A stretch of 64,000 nucleotides of DNA from an uncultured Flavobacteriales bacterium (GTDB lineage Bacteria > Bacteroidota > Bacteroidia > Flavobacteriales_D > Sanyastnellaceae). The translations under genes and the position numbers were made by a program. The DNA lies in NCBI GenBank assembly GCA_905479395.1, contig CAJQMI010000033.1, positions 2,318 to 66,317 of the forward strand, given 5' to 3'. The notes beneath the pieces were generated by a model. It searched no databases. It was not told where the DNA came from and saw nothing but the letters and a program-made list of their open reading frames with translations. This document shows positions 37,611 to 48,189 of the stretch, one piece after another (within the stretch, counting starts at the first letter, position 1; each line of letters begins with the position of its first letter).

Positions 37611-40337
37611 TCAACCAATGGCATGAGCAAAAACTTCATCCAAAATCGCGTCCTGACGAAGTTTATGCAATTCAGATGATCCCGACGCCGGGCTTGCACT
37701 TGTGCTTCTGGCAATCACACTAAGTGGAACGGCCGTGAAGTTTTGAAGCATGAATGACCAAGCACCCATGTTCTTCGGTTCCTCCTGAACCCAAATGTAA
37801 TTTGCTTCAGCGCCATATTTTTTGACCACAACATCCAGCTCAGCATCAGGAAGCGGATGAATTTGTTCAACGCGAACCAGGGCCAGATTGGGCGCTGAAA
37901 TGTCCTCCAATCGTTCCAGCAAATCATAGTAGATTTTTCCAGAACAGAGCACCACAGTGTCCACCAACCGCGCGTCGGCACTCTTCATCATGCGTGGATC
38001 ATCGATCACTTTTTTAAATCCTCCTGTAGCCATTTCGGCCAACGTTGAGACTGCTTTTGGGTAGCGCAATAGCTTTTTCGGAGTGAAGACCACCAATGGC
38101 TTTCGGTATTTCAGCTTCACCTGACGACGCAGTAAGTGAAAATAATTAGCCGGCTCGGTGACATTGCAAATGAACATGTTCTCACCACTTCCGAGCTGTA
38201 AAAAACGTTCCATACGTCCAGAACTATGCTCTGAACCCATGCCTTCATATCCGTGTGGCAACAGCAAGGTCAAACCATTCATGGTTCTCCATTTATCCTC
38301 TGCTGCACTCAAAAATTGGTCAAATAAAATCTGTGCTCCGTTGTTAAAGTCCCCAAACTGGGCTTCCCAAATGGTCAAGCCGTTTGGCGTTGCAAAGGCA
38401 TAGCCATAATCAAATCCAACTACGGCGTACTCACTCAACAAACTGTTGTAAATGGTGAGGTCAGCCTGGCCTTTGCTGAGATGATTCAGTGGAATGATTT
38501 CCTCCTCGCTATCCTCCGTTTTTACAACCGCGTGGCGGTGGGAAAACGTGCCTCGTTCAACGTCCTGGCCACTGATTCGAACAGGATGTCCTTCCACCAA
38601 CAGAGAAGCGTATGCTAAAAGCTCCCCCAATGCCCAGTCCAATCGATCTTCATCAATCATCTTCAGGCGATCGCGCATCAAGCGTGCCACCTTCCGATAA
38701 ATCTTCTTGCCCTCCGGTAAGGTCGACATTGCAACAGCAAGATCCCTCAATTTTTTCTCAGCAACACTTGTTTTTGGTGTCGTTGACAATGCTTTTTCAT
38801 CGGCCGTTTTAAACCCTTTCCACAAGTCGCCGAGGAAATCCTCCACTTGGGCGACCTGCCGCTTTTGTGCATTTTGATATCCGCGTTCCAACAACTGCTG
38901 CTGATCACTGCGAATTAACTCCACTTGATCTGCTTCCATGCTGCCATCAGATAGCAACCGGTCGATGTAAATCTGGAGCGGATTCGGATGCTTCGAAATG
39001 GCCTTGTACAATTGAGGTTGCGTGAACATCGGTTCGTCACCCTCATTGTGACCGTATTTCCGATATCCCAACAAATCGATGTAAACATCGCGATTCCAGC
39101 GCTGTCGATAGGCGAGCGCAATGCGCATCACCTGCACCACTGCTTCAGCATCGTCTGCATTGACATGAAACGACAATGACTCAGTCACCTTGCTTACGTC
39201 TGTGCAGTAAATCGAACTTCGACCATCCAAATAATTGGTAGTGAAACCGACTTGGTTGTTGACCACGATGTGCACAGTTCCGCCGGTGTGATATCCGTCC
39301 AATTGTGCCATCTGGGCAACCTCGTAAACGACTCCTTGGCCAGCCAGTGCCGCATCTCCGTGAATTAGAATTGGCAAAACACGATTCGCATCACCACCTG
39401 TCGCATCAATGCGAGCGCGCGTCAAGCCTTCCACCACCGGACCAACTGCCTCGAGGTGCGAAGGATTGGGCGCCAGCGAAATTGAAACCGAATTCCCACT
39501 GTCAGCCTGTTGGGTTCTGGAATAGCCGAGGTGATACTTTACATCCCCGTCAAAGTCCCCGTCGTCATCGTACGCCTTGCCCTCAAATTCACAGAAAATC
39601 TCTTCATACGGCTTGCCCAAAATATGCGCCAATGTGGAAAGCCTTCCACGGTGTGCCATGCCAATGAATACTTCCTCGACGCCTTGCTCCGTTCCAGATT
39701 CAATGACGGCATCCAATGCCGCAATCAGCGTCTCACCGCCTTCCAAAGAAAAGCGCTTTTGTCCAACAAACTTTTTCTGCAAAAACTCCTCGAACAAGGT
39801 GGCTTGCGATAGTTTCTTTAAAATCTGTATGCGATCCGCGAGCTCAATCCTGGGCCGATTCGCCAACTCAATGTGCTCTCGAACCCAAGCTTGTCGGTCG
39901 ACATCTTGAATCATGACATATTCAATGCCGATGCTATGGCAATATGTTTCTTCGAGGTGTTCCACAATGGATTGCAACGTCGCAGGCCCCAGACCCACTT
40001 GAGTTCCAGCCTGGAATACAGTTTTCAAATCCGCTTCGGTGAGGCCAAAGTGACTCAAGCTCAAGTCCGGTTCATAAACTCGCCGAGCACGGACAGGATT
40101 GGTCTTGGTGAACAGGTGCCCACGTTCGCGGTAAGCCTGGATTAATCCTATGACTTGGAACTCCTTTTGGGTTTGAGGACTTCCCGCATCTTCGCCGTAA
40201 GAGGCAGTTGCAAGGTCAAATCCTTTGAAAAATAAACGCCAGCTGCCATCAACGGATTCCGGGTTGTTTCGGTACTGTTGATACAGTTGTTCCAGCGCCT
40301 GGGGTTCAGCTTGGCTGATGAAATCTAAAGGGTCCAT
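37611..40337 (-). CDS. sucA: 2-oxoglutarate dehydrogenase E1 component
   Basis: 908 aa. IHGDAALAGQGVVYE, YRKYGHNEGDEP, LPHGYEGMGSEHSS. Confidence 0.95.
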   Translation of the reverse strand: MDPLDFISQAEPQALEQLYQQYRNNPESVDGSWRLFFKGFDLATASYGEDAGSPQTQKEFQVIGLIQAYRERGHLFTKTNPVRARRVYEPDLSLSHFGLTEADLKTVFQAGTQVGLGPATLQSIVEHLEETYCHSIGIEYVMIQDVDRQAWVREHIELANRPRIELADRIQILKKLSQATLFEEFLQKKFVGQKRFSLEGGETLIAALDAVIESGTEQGVEEVFIGMAHRGRLSTLAHILGKPYEEIFCEFEGKAYDDDGDFDGDVKYHLGYSRTQQADSGNSVSISLAPNPSHLEAVGPVVEGLTRARIDATGGDANRVLPILIHGDAALAGQGVVYEVAQMAQLDGYHTGGTVHIVVNNQVGFTTNYLDGRSSIYCTDVSKVTESLSFHVNADDAEAVVQVMRIALAYRQRWNRDVYIDLLGYRKYGHNEGDEPMFTQPQLYKAISKHPNPLQIYIDRLLSDGSMEADQVELIRSDQQQLLERGYQNAQKRQVAQVEDFLGDLWKGFKTADEKALSTTPKTSVAEKKLRDLAVAMSTLPEGKKIYRKVARLMRDRLKMIDEDRLDWALGELLAYASLLVEGHPVRISGQDVERGTFSHRHAVVKTEDSEEEIIPLNHLSKGQADLTIYNSLLSEYAVVGFDYGYAFATPNGLTIWEAQFGDFNNGAQILFDQFLSAAEDKWRTMNGLTLLLPHGYEGMGSEHSSGRMERFLQLGSGENMFICNVTEPANYFHLLRRQVKLKYRKPLVVFTPKKLLRYPKAVSTLAEMATGGFKKVIDDPRMMKSADARLVDTVVLCSGKIYYDLLERLEDISAPNLALVRVEQIHPLPDAELDVVVKKYGAEANYIWVQEEPKNMGAWSFMLQNFTAVPLSVIARSTSASPASGSSELHKLRQDAILDEVFAHAIG

Positions 40338-40436
40338 GCGGACTATACGTATTTTGTCGGGTTAAAGATACACTGAGCCCCCCACTCCTGAAATGAATTC
40401 GACCATTGCCTTGAAAATTCCTTCAAACCCGTTGGT

Positions 40437-40799
40437 TTAACCGTCATTTCTTATTGAATACGTCCACCTGCTCCAGACCTTTAAAGCCGCGCGTTGCAGG
40501 CATTTTTCAGCAAGCAATTCAATGGCTTTGGGACGTTCGTAATCGTGCAAGAGTCTGCGGACCAAATCCTCTCCCAAGTCCAACCGGTAAAACGCCGCAA
40601 ATGTGCCACTCGGGTCGTGATCCATTCCCCATTCAATTTCACCAGAAACCAGCGATATCATAGGCATATCCGCAGCATTTACCCGGTCAAAATTCCAGTG
40701 AAAATCCTTGACCAATTGCTGCACAACAGCCTCTAAAAAATCCACTTCCGTGCGGCTGTCCGGCAAAGTCTTATCCGGGAGGATATGAGCCAGTTCCAT
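40437..40799 (-). CDS. hypothetical protein (120 aa, no family recognised)
   Basis: ATG start 7 nt after the polyprenyl synthase stop. Soluble, acidic and plausibly helical. Coding is supported by operon position only. Confidence 0.5.
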   Translation of the reverse strand: MELAHILPDKTLPDSRTEVDFLEAVVQQLVKDFHWNFDRVNAADMPMISLVSGEIEWGMDHDPSGTFAAFYRLDLGEDLVRRLLHDYERPKAIELLAEKCLQRAALKVWSRWTYSIRNDG

Positions 40800-40806
40800 C
40801 GTACGT

Positions 40807-41790
40807 TCAGGACGTTCGTTGGGTAACCAATCCGCCCAAAAAACCGAACCATTCCCGGTGCGATTCGCTCAACTGCAAGCTATCAATTGCAGACATTGCG
40901 CCTTCAACATATGCTTTCATCGACCTTCGCGCCGCGAGGTCAGCCCCACATTCCATCATTGCATTCTTTACGAAATCGACCTTCGCCTCCGGTTGATCTT
41001 GAATTGCATCCCATTTTTTAAGATCTTCAAGCAATTCAGCACTTGCTTGTTGCCAAGTGAACAAGCGCAAGAAAGTCTTCTTGTTGGACAAAATATCTCC
41101 TCCAACCTGCTTGCCCATGGCATCACCACCAAAGGCGTCTAACAAATCATCTTGCATTTGAAAGGCAAGTCCCAACTGCTCACCAGCTTTATACCACAGC
41201 TGCACCCGCTCCTCACTGGCACCAACCGAAATCGCTCCCATTGCTAAAGATGCCGCAACAAGCACGGAGGTTTTGAGTCGAATCATCTCGAGATATTCTT
41301 CAACAGTAACATCCGTGCGCTTTTCAAAAGCCATGTCCGACTGTTGGCCAATGCACACTTCCAGTGCCGTCTGATTGAACACTTTCAATGCCCGATGAAG
41401 ATTTTTTGCTTCGGTTTCCGCCAAGGCAATTTGAGCCATTGTATACATGGCATCACCGGATAGAATGGCTGCGTTCTCATCCCATTTGATATGAACGGTT
41501 GAATTTCCCCGGCGCTTTGGCGCCTGATCCATGATGTCGTCATGCATCAAGGTGAAGTTGTGAAACAACTCCACCGCCAAGGCAACAGGATGAGCCCTAC
41601 TCGCTTCAAAGCCCTCCGCTTCTGCTGCCGACAAAGCCAGCACTGCACGAAGGCGTTTGCCACCGATGCTCATGAGGTAATGCACGGGATCATATAACCC
41701 GTCAGCAGACCCCACTGGGTAACGATCCAAAAACGATGCTATCGTACGATTTGATTCTGACTTTAGTCGATCAAGCGTTGGGTGCTCCAT
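40807..41790 (-). CDS. polyprenyl diphosphate synthase (trans-isoprenyl diphosphate synthase family)
   Basis: First and second Asp-rich motifs LMHDDIMD and QMQDDLLD, plus GKRLR. ATG 41790 is preferred; the TTG 41799 alternative overlaps rfbA. Confidence 0.9.
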   Translation of the reverse strand: MEHPTLDRLKSESNRTIASFLDRYPVGSADGLYDPVHYLMSIGGKRLRAVLALSAAEAEGFEASRAHPVALAVELFHNFTLMHDDIMDQAPKRRGNSTVHIKWDENAAILSGDAMYTMAQIALAETEAKNLHRALKVFNQTALEVCIGQQSDMAFEKRTDVTVEEYLEMIRLKTSVLVAASLAMGAISVGASEERVQLWYKAGEQLGLAFQMQDDLLDAFGGDAMGKQVGGDILSNKKTFLRLFTWQQASAELLEDLKKWDAIQDQPEAKVDFVKNAMMECGADLAARRSMKAYVEGAMSAIDSLQLSESHREWFGFLGGLVTQRTS

Positions 41791-41795
41791 GGTCT

Positions 41796-42674
41796 TCAAT
41801 TCCCTGCTTTACCTCGAGCGAGCTGCTCCAGCAGATAATTTCCATAACCGGACTTGCGCAACGGATCGGCCACCTTGGCCAGCGTCGCGTCATCAATGTA
41901 TCCCATGCGCCAGGCAATTTCTTCGATGCATCCCACCTTCAAGCCTTGTCGATCTTCGATGACTTGCACGTATTGAGATGCCTGCATGAGGGATTCGTGG
42001 GTACCCGTATCCAACCATGCCATGCCTCGGTCAAGCTTGGAAACAAACAATCTCCCCGCTTCGAGGTATACCTTATTTACATCGGTGATTTCATATTCAC
42101 CCCGGGCACTTGGCTGAAGCTTAGAGGCAATCTCAACCACATCATTGTCGTAAAAATACAATCCTGGAACTGCATAGTTCGATGACGGATTTGAGGGCTT
42201 CTCTACAATGCTTACCGCCTTTTCGTTTTCATCAAATGTCACCACTCCATACCGTTCTGGATCATTCACGTAGTAAGCATAAACGATTGCGCCCTCAGGA
42301 TTGGTGTTGGCACGAAGCTGCCTCCCGAAGCTTTTGCCATAGAAGATGTTGTCGCCCAGCACCAGAGCAACCTTATCCGAACCGATGAAATCCGCTCCAA
42401 TAACAAACGCTTGTGCGAGGCCATTCGGCACGGCTTGCTCAGCGTATTGGATGTTGCAGCCGATGGAAGAGCCATCACCCAATAACCGCTGAAAACCAGG
42501 CAAATCTGTTGGAGTACTGATGATTAAGATGTCCTTAATCCCACTCAGCATAAGGGTGGACAATGGGTAGTAGATCATCGGTTTGTCGTAAACCGGCATC
42601 AGTTGCTTGCTCACTGCTTTGGTCAAAGGCCACAATCGTGTACCCGAACCTCCAGCCAAAATAATTCCTTTCAT
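41796..42674 (-). CDS. rfbA: glucose-1-phosphate thymidylyltransferase
   Basis: [53 protein letters not shown]. Confidence 0.95.
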   Translation of the reverse strand: MKGIILAGGSGTRLWPLTKAVSKQLMPVYDKPMIYYPLSTLMLSGIKDILIISTPTDLPGFQRLLGDGSSIGCNIQYAEQAVPNGLAQAFVIGADFIGSDKVALVLGDNIFYGKSFGRQLRANTNPEGAIVYAYYVNDPERYGVVTFDENEKAVSIVEKPSNPSSNYAVPGLYFYDNDVVEIASKLQPSARGEYEITDVNKVYLEAGRLFVSKLDRGMAWLDTGTHESLMQASQYVQVIEDRQGLKVGCIEEIAWRMGYIDDATLAKVADPLRKSGYGNYLLEQLARGKAGN

Positions 42675-42698
42675 ACGTTGGTGATATTCTCTTCGAAT

Positions 42699-45260
42699 TT
42701 AGGACTCAATAGGCGAATCCGACGAATCCGCTTGGGTCCTTTTGCTCAGAAGGCTTGCGTGCTGTTCATCGCCCTTACCTGGAGAAAATCCTTTTTGGAT
42801 CTCCAATTCTTCCAGCTCAATGTCTTCTTCTTCGTCCAGAATGGAAAAGAAAGGCTCGGAAAAAGACTGCGTTGTCAATGACTTTTCAAAAGCCAACAAA
42901 AGGGAAGGCAACAAAAGCAAGTTTGTAAACATTGCCACGCCCAAGGTGACCGAAACCAACAATCCAAGGTAGCGCGTTCCCTCAAACTCGGACATTGCAA
43001 ACATCAAGAATCCAAAAAATAAGACAATGGACGTATACATCATGCTCACCCCCGTTTCTTTCAACGCGAGCATCACAGAGTCCTTGATGTTCCAAGCCTT
43101 AAAATTCAGTTCCTGCCGGTATTTCGCCAAAAAATGAATGGTGTCGTCTACCGATATGCCAAAAGCAATGCTGAAAACCAAGATGGTCGAAGGTTTGATG
43201 GGGATGCCGAGCCATCCCATAATTCCAGCAGTGAAGAGAAGGGGAAACAAATTGGGCAAAAGGGCAATTCCAACCATCCGCGATGACTTGAACAGCAGCG
43301 CCATCATCAACGCTATGACGCAAATGGCGAGGGCAATTGATATGCCCAGGTTTTTGACCATATACGTGGTGCCTTCAAGGAACGTAACACTCGTACCCGT
43401 CAATATGAGTCGGTACTCAGGAGCCGGAAAGATGCTGTCCAATCGTGGCTTGATTTCGTCCATCAACGCACGCATTTCAAGCGTTCCGATGTCCATCATT
43501 TGAGCGCTCACACGAGCGACAGATCGGTCTTCATTGAAAAATTTTGAAGCCACGCCTATGGCCGATTCCGAATCGCCTGCAGCGGCTTCCGTGCCCCGCA
43601 CCCATGGGCCGAACTGCGTTTTTTCCATCCCCAATCTTGGCAGCCGGTAGTTTTTGGGGTGACCATTTTTGAATGCTTGAAAGGCAAATTTTGTAGCATC
43701 CGCGGCACTCACCGAGCGGCTGTACTCGGGATATTCCTCCAGGACACTTTGAAGTTTATCGACACGTTTCAAAAAATTTGATGCCGTCACACCATTCGGC
43801 CGATGGGTATCAATCATGATTTCGAAAGGCATTGCACCTCCGAATCTTTGTTCCATCCACTTCAAGTCTGTGATGACGCGGTCTTTGTCAGGCAGGTCAT
43901 CCACAATGTTGCCGGTGGTCTGCATTTGGACAATTCCACCAATGCTAAACAGCAACAATAAAACCGCTCCAACATATACGCGAGGTCTGCGGTTCTCGAC
44001 CACTTCGGCCAGTCGATTCACAAACGTGAACATCCAACGGCGATCGAGGTGCCGCGTGTGCTTCATTTTTGGGGCAGGCAATCCGGCCATCAGCGCTGGA
44101 ATAACGATGATGGAAATCACAAACACCCCGAGAATATTGATGGCGGTGACCGTTCCAAAATTCCGCAGCATCTCACTGTGGGTGAAAATGAAAGTTGCAA
44201 ATCCCAAGGAAGTGGTGAAATTCGTGAGCAAAGTGGCATTGCCAACCTTGACGATCATCCGCTGCAGAGCCATGGCTTTGTTCCCATGACGCTTGAATTC
44301 AGCGTGGTACTTGTTGATCAAGTAAATGCAGTTTGGCACCCCAATGACAATCATCAAGGGTGGGATCAAACTCATGATGAGATTGACAGGAAAATCGAAC
44401 AAGGCAATGGTTCCCAATGACCAAATCACGCCCGTTCCCACAACAATTAAGCTCACTCCTGTAACAATGGGGTTTCGGAAAAACAGGAACAGAAGAATCA
44501 TTGTCACCAAAAGTGCGGCGCCAATGAACCAGCCAATTTCATTCTTAACCTTATTGGTCATTTGCACACGAATGAAAGGCAAACCACTGATCGATAACTT
44601 CACACCGTGACGCTCGCTCCATTCATCGGTGATGGCCACCACATCCTCGACAACCGAGCCCCGATGCTTGGAGTCAAACAACTTGGGGTTCATGAAGACC
44701 GAAAGAAGCGTGGCATCATGAGATGAATTGAAGAGCAATCCTTCATAAAAAGGAAGCTCCACGAGTCTGTTGAGCAAACTGTCAACATACTGCTGACTCA
44801 CGCCCTGTTTGCTTTGCAATCGACCCTTCGGAACGAGCGGAATGAGCTCAAACCTGCGAGCCTCTGTGTCTTTCTTTACCTCGACTGCACGTGTAATGGA
44901 AAAGACGCTGTCGATGAGTGGGATTTGGATTTTCTCATCAATGCCATCGTCGATGGTATCTCGAAAAGTATCCATTTCATGAATGGAGCGCGCCAATTCT
45001 TCCCAAGCAATCAATCCTTCCGGATTGCTCAACGGTGCCAAGTCTGCTCCGATCAGCATGACATTGCCTTCGGTGCCAAACACCTCCTGAAAACGAGCGT
45101 AGTCCAAGGCGATTGAATCGTCAGCGGGCAGCAACCCACTGAACGTATACTGCAAACGCAAGTTGGGAATTTGCTTCGCCATAAAAGCTGTCCCCAATGC
45201 CAGCAAAACCAACCACAACAGACGTTGTCGGATCAATATGGAGGCAATATTATTCCACAT
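42699..45260 (-). CDS. stand-alone RND-superfamily transporter (MMPL/HpnN-like, two 6-TM bundles)
   Basis: 853 aa. N-terminal TM, then a soluble loop, 5-6 TMs, a second soluble loop and 5-6 more TMs, i.e. an internal repeat typical of RND. No adaptor or OMF genes adjacent. Confidence 0.8.
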   Translation of the reverse strand: MWNNIASILIRQRLLWLVLLALGTAFMAKQIPNLRLQYTFSGLLPADDSIALDYARFQEVFGTEGNVMLIGADLAPLSNPEGLIAWEELARSIHEMDTFRDTIDDGIDEKIQIPLIDSVFSITRAVEVKKDTEARRFELIPLVPKGRLQSKQGVSQQYVDSLLNRLVELPFYEGLLFNSSHDATLLSVFMNPKLFDSKHRGSVVEDVVAITDEWSERHGVKLSISGLPFIRVQMTNKVKNEIGWFIGAALLVTMILLFLFFRNPIVTGVSLIVVGTGVIWSLGTIALFDFPVNLIMSLIPPLMIVIGVPNCIYLINKYHAEFKRHGNKAMALQRMIVKVGNATLLTNFTTSLGFATFIFTHSEMLRNFGTVTAINILGVFVISIIVIPALMAGLPAPKMKHTRHLDRRWMFTFVNRLAEVVENRRPRVYVGAVLLLLFSIGGIVQMQTTGNIVDDLPDKDRVITDLKWMEQRFGGAMPFEIMIDTHRPNGVTASNFLKRVDKLQSVLEEYPEYSRSVSAADATKFAFQAFKNGHPKNYRLPRLGMEKTQFGPWVRGTEAAAGDSESAIGVASKFFNEDRSVARVSAQMMDIGTLEMRALMDEIKPRLDSIFPAPEYRLILTGTSVTFLEGTTYMVKNLGISIALAICVIALMMALLFKSSRMVGIALLPNLFPLLFTAGIMGWLGIPIKPSTILVFSIAFGISVDDTIHFLAKYRQELNFKAWNIKDSVMLALKETGVSMMYTSIVLFFGFLMFAMSEFEGTRYLGLLVSVTLGVAMFTNLLLLPSLLLAFEKSLTTQSFSEPFFSILDEEEDIELEELEIQKGFSPGKGDEQHASLLSKRTQADSSDSPIES

Positions 45261-45419
45261 GGAGCATGGTTAGAGGCGTGTGCACTTGTCTAGCAGTTAA
45301 ACTGATGAAATGGAAGCTTTGTTCGGATTCCACGCTGCAAAGAAAGGGGAAAATATTGGCTGTCGTGCTGATTGATTTGCAAGGCTGCAATTCATCGCCC
45401 TGTCCATTACCTTTACACA

Positions 45420-46823
45420 ATGGAATCTTATGATGTAATTGTCATTGGCAGCGGCCCTGGAGGCTATGTAGCAGCAATTCGAGCTGCGCAATTGGGAAAG
45501 AAAACTGCTTTGGTAGAAAAGTACAATTCGTTAGGCGGCACTTGCCTCAACGTGGGGTGCATCCCTTCAAAAGCGCTCTTGGATAGCTCCGAACATTATC
45601 ACCAAGCAGCGCATCAATTCGAGGCGCATGGCATTGAAACGGGAGGGCTCAAGCTCGATTTCAAACGGATGATTGCCCGCAAAGCTGAAGTCGTAGAACA
45701 GACTGTTGGAGGGATCGATTTCCTGATGAAGAAAAACGGAATTGATGTCCTCAATGGCTTCGGTTCGTTCGTTGACGATCATACCGTTGAGGTGAAGCCT
45801 GCCAAAGGTCAGAGCACCACCATCAAGGGCGCTCACATCATCATTGCTACCGGCTCTAAACCCGCGTCACTTCCTTTTATAAAGATCGACAAGAAACGTG
45901 TCATCACTTCCACTGAAGCCCTCACGCTCGACGCCCTACCAAAAAGCATGGTTGTCATTGGCGGAGGTGTCATTGGACTCGAGATGGGCAGTGTTTATGC
46001 CCGGTTAGGAACAGAAGTGCATGTTGTGGAGTACCAAGATGGCATCATTCCTACCATGGATAAAAGCATGGGAAAAGAACTCATGCGCAGCATGAAGAAG
46101 TTGGGTGTAAAATTCCATCTGCAACACGGAGTCAAAGAGGTAAAAGCCAACGCGTCAGGTGTGACGGTCAAGGCCGACGACAAAAAAGGGAAAGAAGTCA
46201 GCTGGAAAGCAGACTATTGCCTCGTTTCTGTTGGTCGAAAAGCCTACACAGAAGGATTAAATCTTGAGTCAGCTGGTCTTACGACCGATGACCGTGGACG
46301 AATTGACGTCAACAATCAAATGCAAACGGCAGTGCCCCACATCTTTGCAATTGGAGATGTTGTGCGAGGCGCAATGCTCGCGCACAAAGCTGAGGAAGAG
46401 GGAGTTGTAGCCGCTGAAGTCATTGCTGGAGAGCACCCCCACATCGATTACAACCTCATCCCCAACGTGGTCTACACATGGCCAGAAGTGGCGGGAGTTG
46501 GACAAACCGAAGAGCAATTAAAAGCCTCAGGAACCCCCTACAAGTCTGGTTCGTTTCCGTTCAAAGCGAGCGGTCGTGCTCGCGCCTCGATGGACACAGA
46601 CGGATCCATCAAAGTGCTCGCCCATGCGGATACAGATGAGATTCTAGGGGTGCACATGTGCGGTCCTCGAGCTGCTGATATGATTGCTGAAGCCGTTGTA
46701 GCTATGGAGTTCCGTGCCACAGCAGAAGACGTCAGCCGCATGTCGCACGCGCACCCAACATTCACTGAAGCCATCAAAGAGGCAGCACTTGCCGCAACTG
46801 GCAACAGAGCGCTGCACGTGTAA
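45420..46823 (+). CDS. lpdA: dihydrolipoyl dehydrogenase (E3)
   Basis: YDVIVIGSGPGGYVAAIRAAQLG, redox-active disulfide GGTCLNVGCIPSK, HAHPTFTE. Trimmed to ATG 45420. Confidence 0.95.
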   Translation: MESYDVIVIGSGPGGYVAAIRAAQLGKKTALVEKYNSLGGTCLNVGCIPSKALLDSSEHYHQAAHQFEAHGIETGGLKLDFKRMIARKAEVVEQTVGGIDFLMKKNGIDVLNGFGSFVDDHTVEVKPAKGQSTTIKGAHIIIATGSKPASLPFIKIDKKRVITSTEALTLDALPKSMVVIGGGVIGLEMGSVYARLGTEVHVVEYQDGIIPTMDKSMGKELMRSMKKLGVKFHLQHGVKEVKANASGVTVKADDKKGKEVSWKADYCLVSVGRKAYTEGLNLESAGLTTDDRGRIDVNNQMQTAVPHIFAIGDVVRGAMLAHKAEEEGVVAAEVIAGEHPHIDYNLIPNVVYTWPEVAGVGQTEEQLKASGTPYKSGSFPFKASGRARASMDTDGSIKVLAHADTDEILGVHMCGPRAADMIAEAVVAMEFRATAEDVSRMSHAHPTFTEAIKEAALAATGNRALHV

Positions 46824-46833
46824 AAGCCAAGGT

Positions 46834-48189
46834 ATGTCAACCGATACGCAGACATTCGAAGCGTCAACAGACCCTCAAGTTTCGACCCATGAGGAGACTG
46901 ATCTGTTGAAGGAAGACATCCTGAACGTTGAAGCGAGAACGCTGCCTGATTTGGGTGCGATCTTCGAACGAGAAACCCATGCCTCATTGCTCTTCGACGA
47001 TCACCCAAACGGCAAATGCCTCCTTGCAGTTGGAGCGCGCCGTTCATTTACTTGGTCTGGAGAAGGAGCCGAAAGCCTGGACGGATGGAATGCATTCCTG
47101 AAGCCAGAAGGCAAGCCAACTTGGGCTTTTGGCTGGCTGGGATATGACCTGAAAAACGGCATCGAAAAACTCGAATCTCAGCGATTGGATCATGCACAAT
47201 TCCCCACATTGCATTGGGTGGAGCCGCGGGTTGTCATTGAATGGGGAGGAAACCATTCCAACGCACACATTGTGCACGGTGCGGACGAAGATGATGCGCA
47301 AGAGCTTTTGCAGCACGTTCTAACGCCTGTTAGCTCAATCCCGGATGCTCCAGGAATTTCTCTGAAGCCAAGATGGGATGAGGCCACTTACCTTCAGCGC
47401 GCGCGCAGGGTCAAAAAGCACATCCAACGCGGGGATGTTTACGAACTTAATCTCTGCCAAGAATGGATGAGCAATGATCCATTGGAGTCTGTTTGGGATG
47501 CCTTCGTTCGGTTGCAGCATTTTACACAATCGCCCTATTCAGCGTTGGTCAAGGCTGGCGAATTTCATCTGATCTCTGGATCCCCTGAATTATTCTTGGA
47601 CAAACGAGGAAGCACGTTAACCTCTTCACCGATAAAGGGTACAATTGCACGCGGGGCCACAAACGAAGAAGACCAAGAACTCGCACGAAAATTGCATGCC
47701 GATCCGAAAGAGCGAGGCGAAAACGTGATGATTTGTGACCTGGTGCGCAATGATTTAAGCCGCATTGCCCAACCGGGAACCGTGCACGTACCTGAACTTT
47801 TTGGCATCCACCGATTTCGCAGTGTCCATCAAATGATTTCAACAGTGCAATGCGAGGTTCGGCCCGAATGCGATCCTGCAGATATCTTGCGCGCCTCCTT
47901 TCCCATGGGCTCCATGACAGGAGCTCCGAAATTGCGCGCCATGGAATTGATCGATGAATTAGAAGGGTGCAAACGAGGGGTTTATTCAGGCAGTGTTGGC
48001 TACTTCCAGCCCAGTGGGGATTTCTCACTAAACGTGGTGATTAGAAGCTTGCTTTACAATGCAAATAGCAAACGCATTAGCATGCATGTTGGAGGTGCAA
48101 TCACCTCCCTGAGCATTCCTGAAAAGGAATACGAGGAGTGTCTGCTGAAAGCAGAAGCGATGCTCAAAACTTTGCGAAAAGATGCCTAA
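46834..48189 (+). CDS. pabB: aminodeoxychorismate synthase component I (chorismate-binding enzyme)
   Basis: GSPELFL, ADPKERGENVMICDLVRND, FPMGSMTGAPK, KRGVYSGSVGY. Trimmed to ATG 46834. Assigned to pabB rather than trpE from size and context. Confidence 0.78.
   Translation: MSTDTQTFEASTDPQVSTHEETDLLKEDILNVEARTLPDLGAIFERETHASLLFDDHPNGKCLLAVGARRSFTWSGEGAESLDGWNAFLKPEGKPTWAFGWLGYDLKNGIEKLESQRLDHAQFPTLHWVEPRVVIEWGGNHSNAHIVHGADEDDAQELLQHVLTPVSSIPDAPGISLKPRWDEATYLQRARRVKKHIQRGDVYELNLCQEWMSNDPLESVWDAFVRLQHFTQSPYSALVKAGEFHLISGSPELFLDKRGSTLTSSPIKGTIARGATNEEDQELARKLHADPKERGENVMICDLVRNDLSRIAQPGTVHVPELFGIHRFRSVHQMISTVQCEVRPECDPADILRASFPMGSMTGAPKLRAMELIDELEGCKRGVYSGSVGYFQPSGDFSLNVVIRSLLYNANSKRISMHVGGAITSLSIPEKEYEECLLKAEAMLKTLRKDA

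Noticed and set aside
45376-45415. Promoter-like TTTG ... TACCTTTA upstream of lpdA.
   Set aside because: The -7-like box ends only 4 nt before the well-supported ATG 45420 and has an imperfect last base. The geometry is inconsistent with that start codon.
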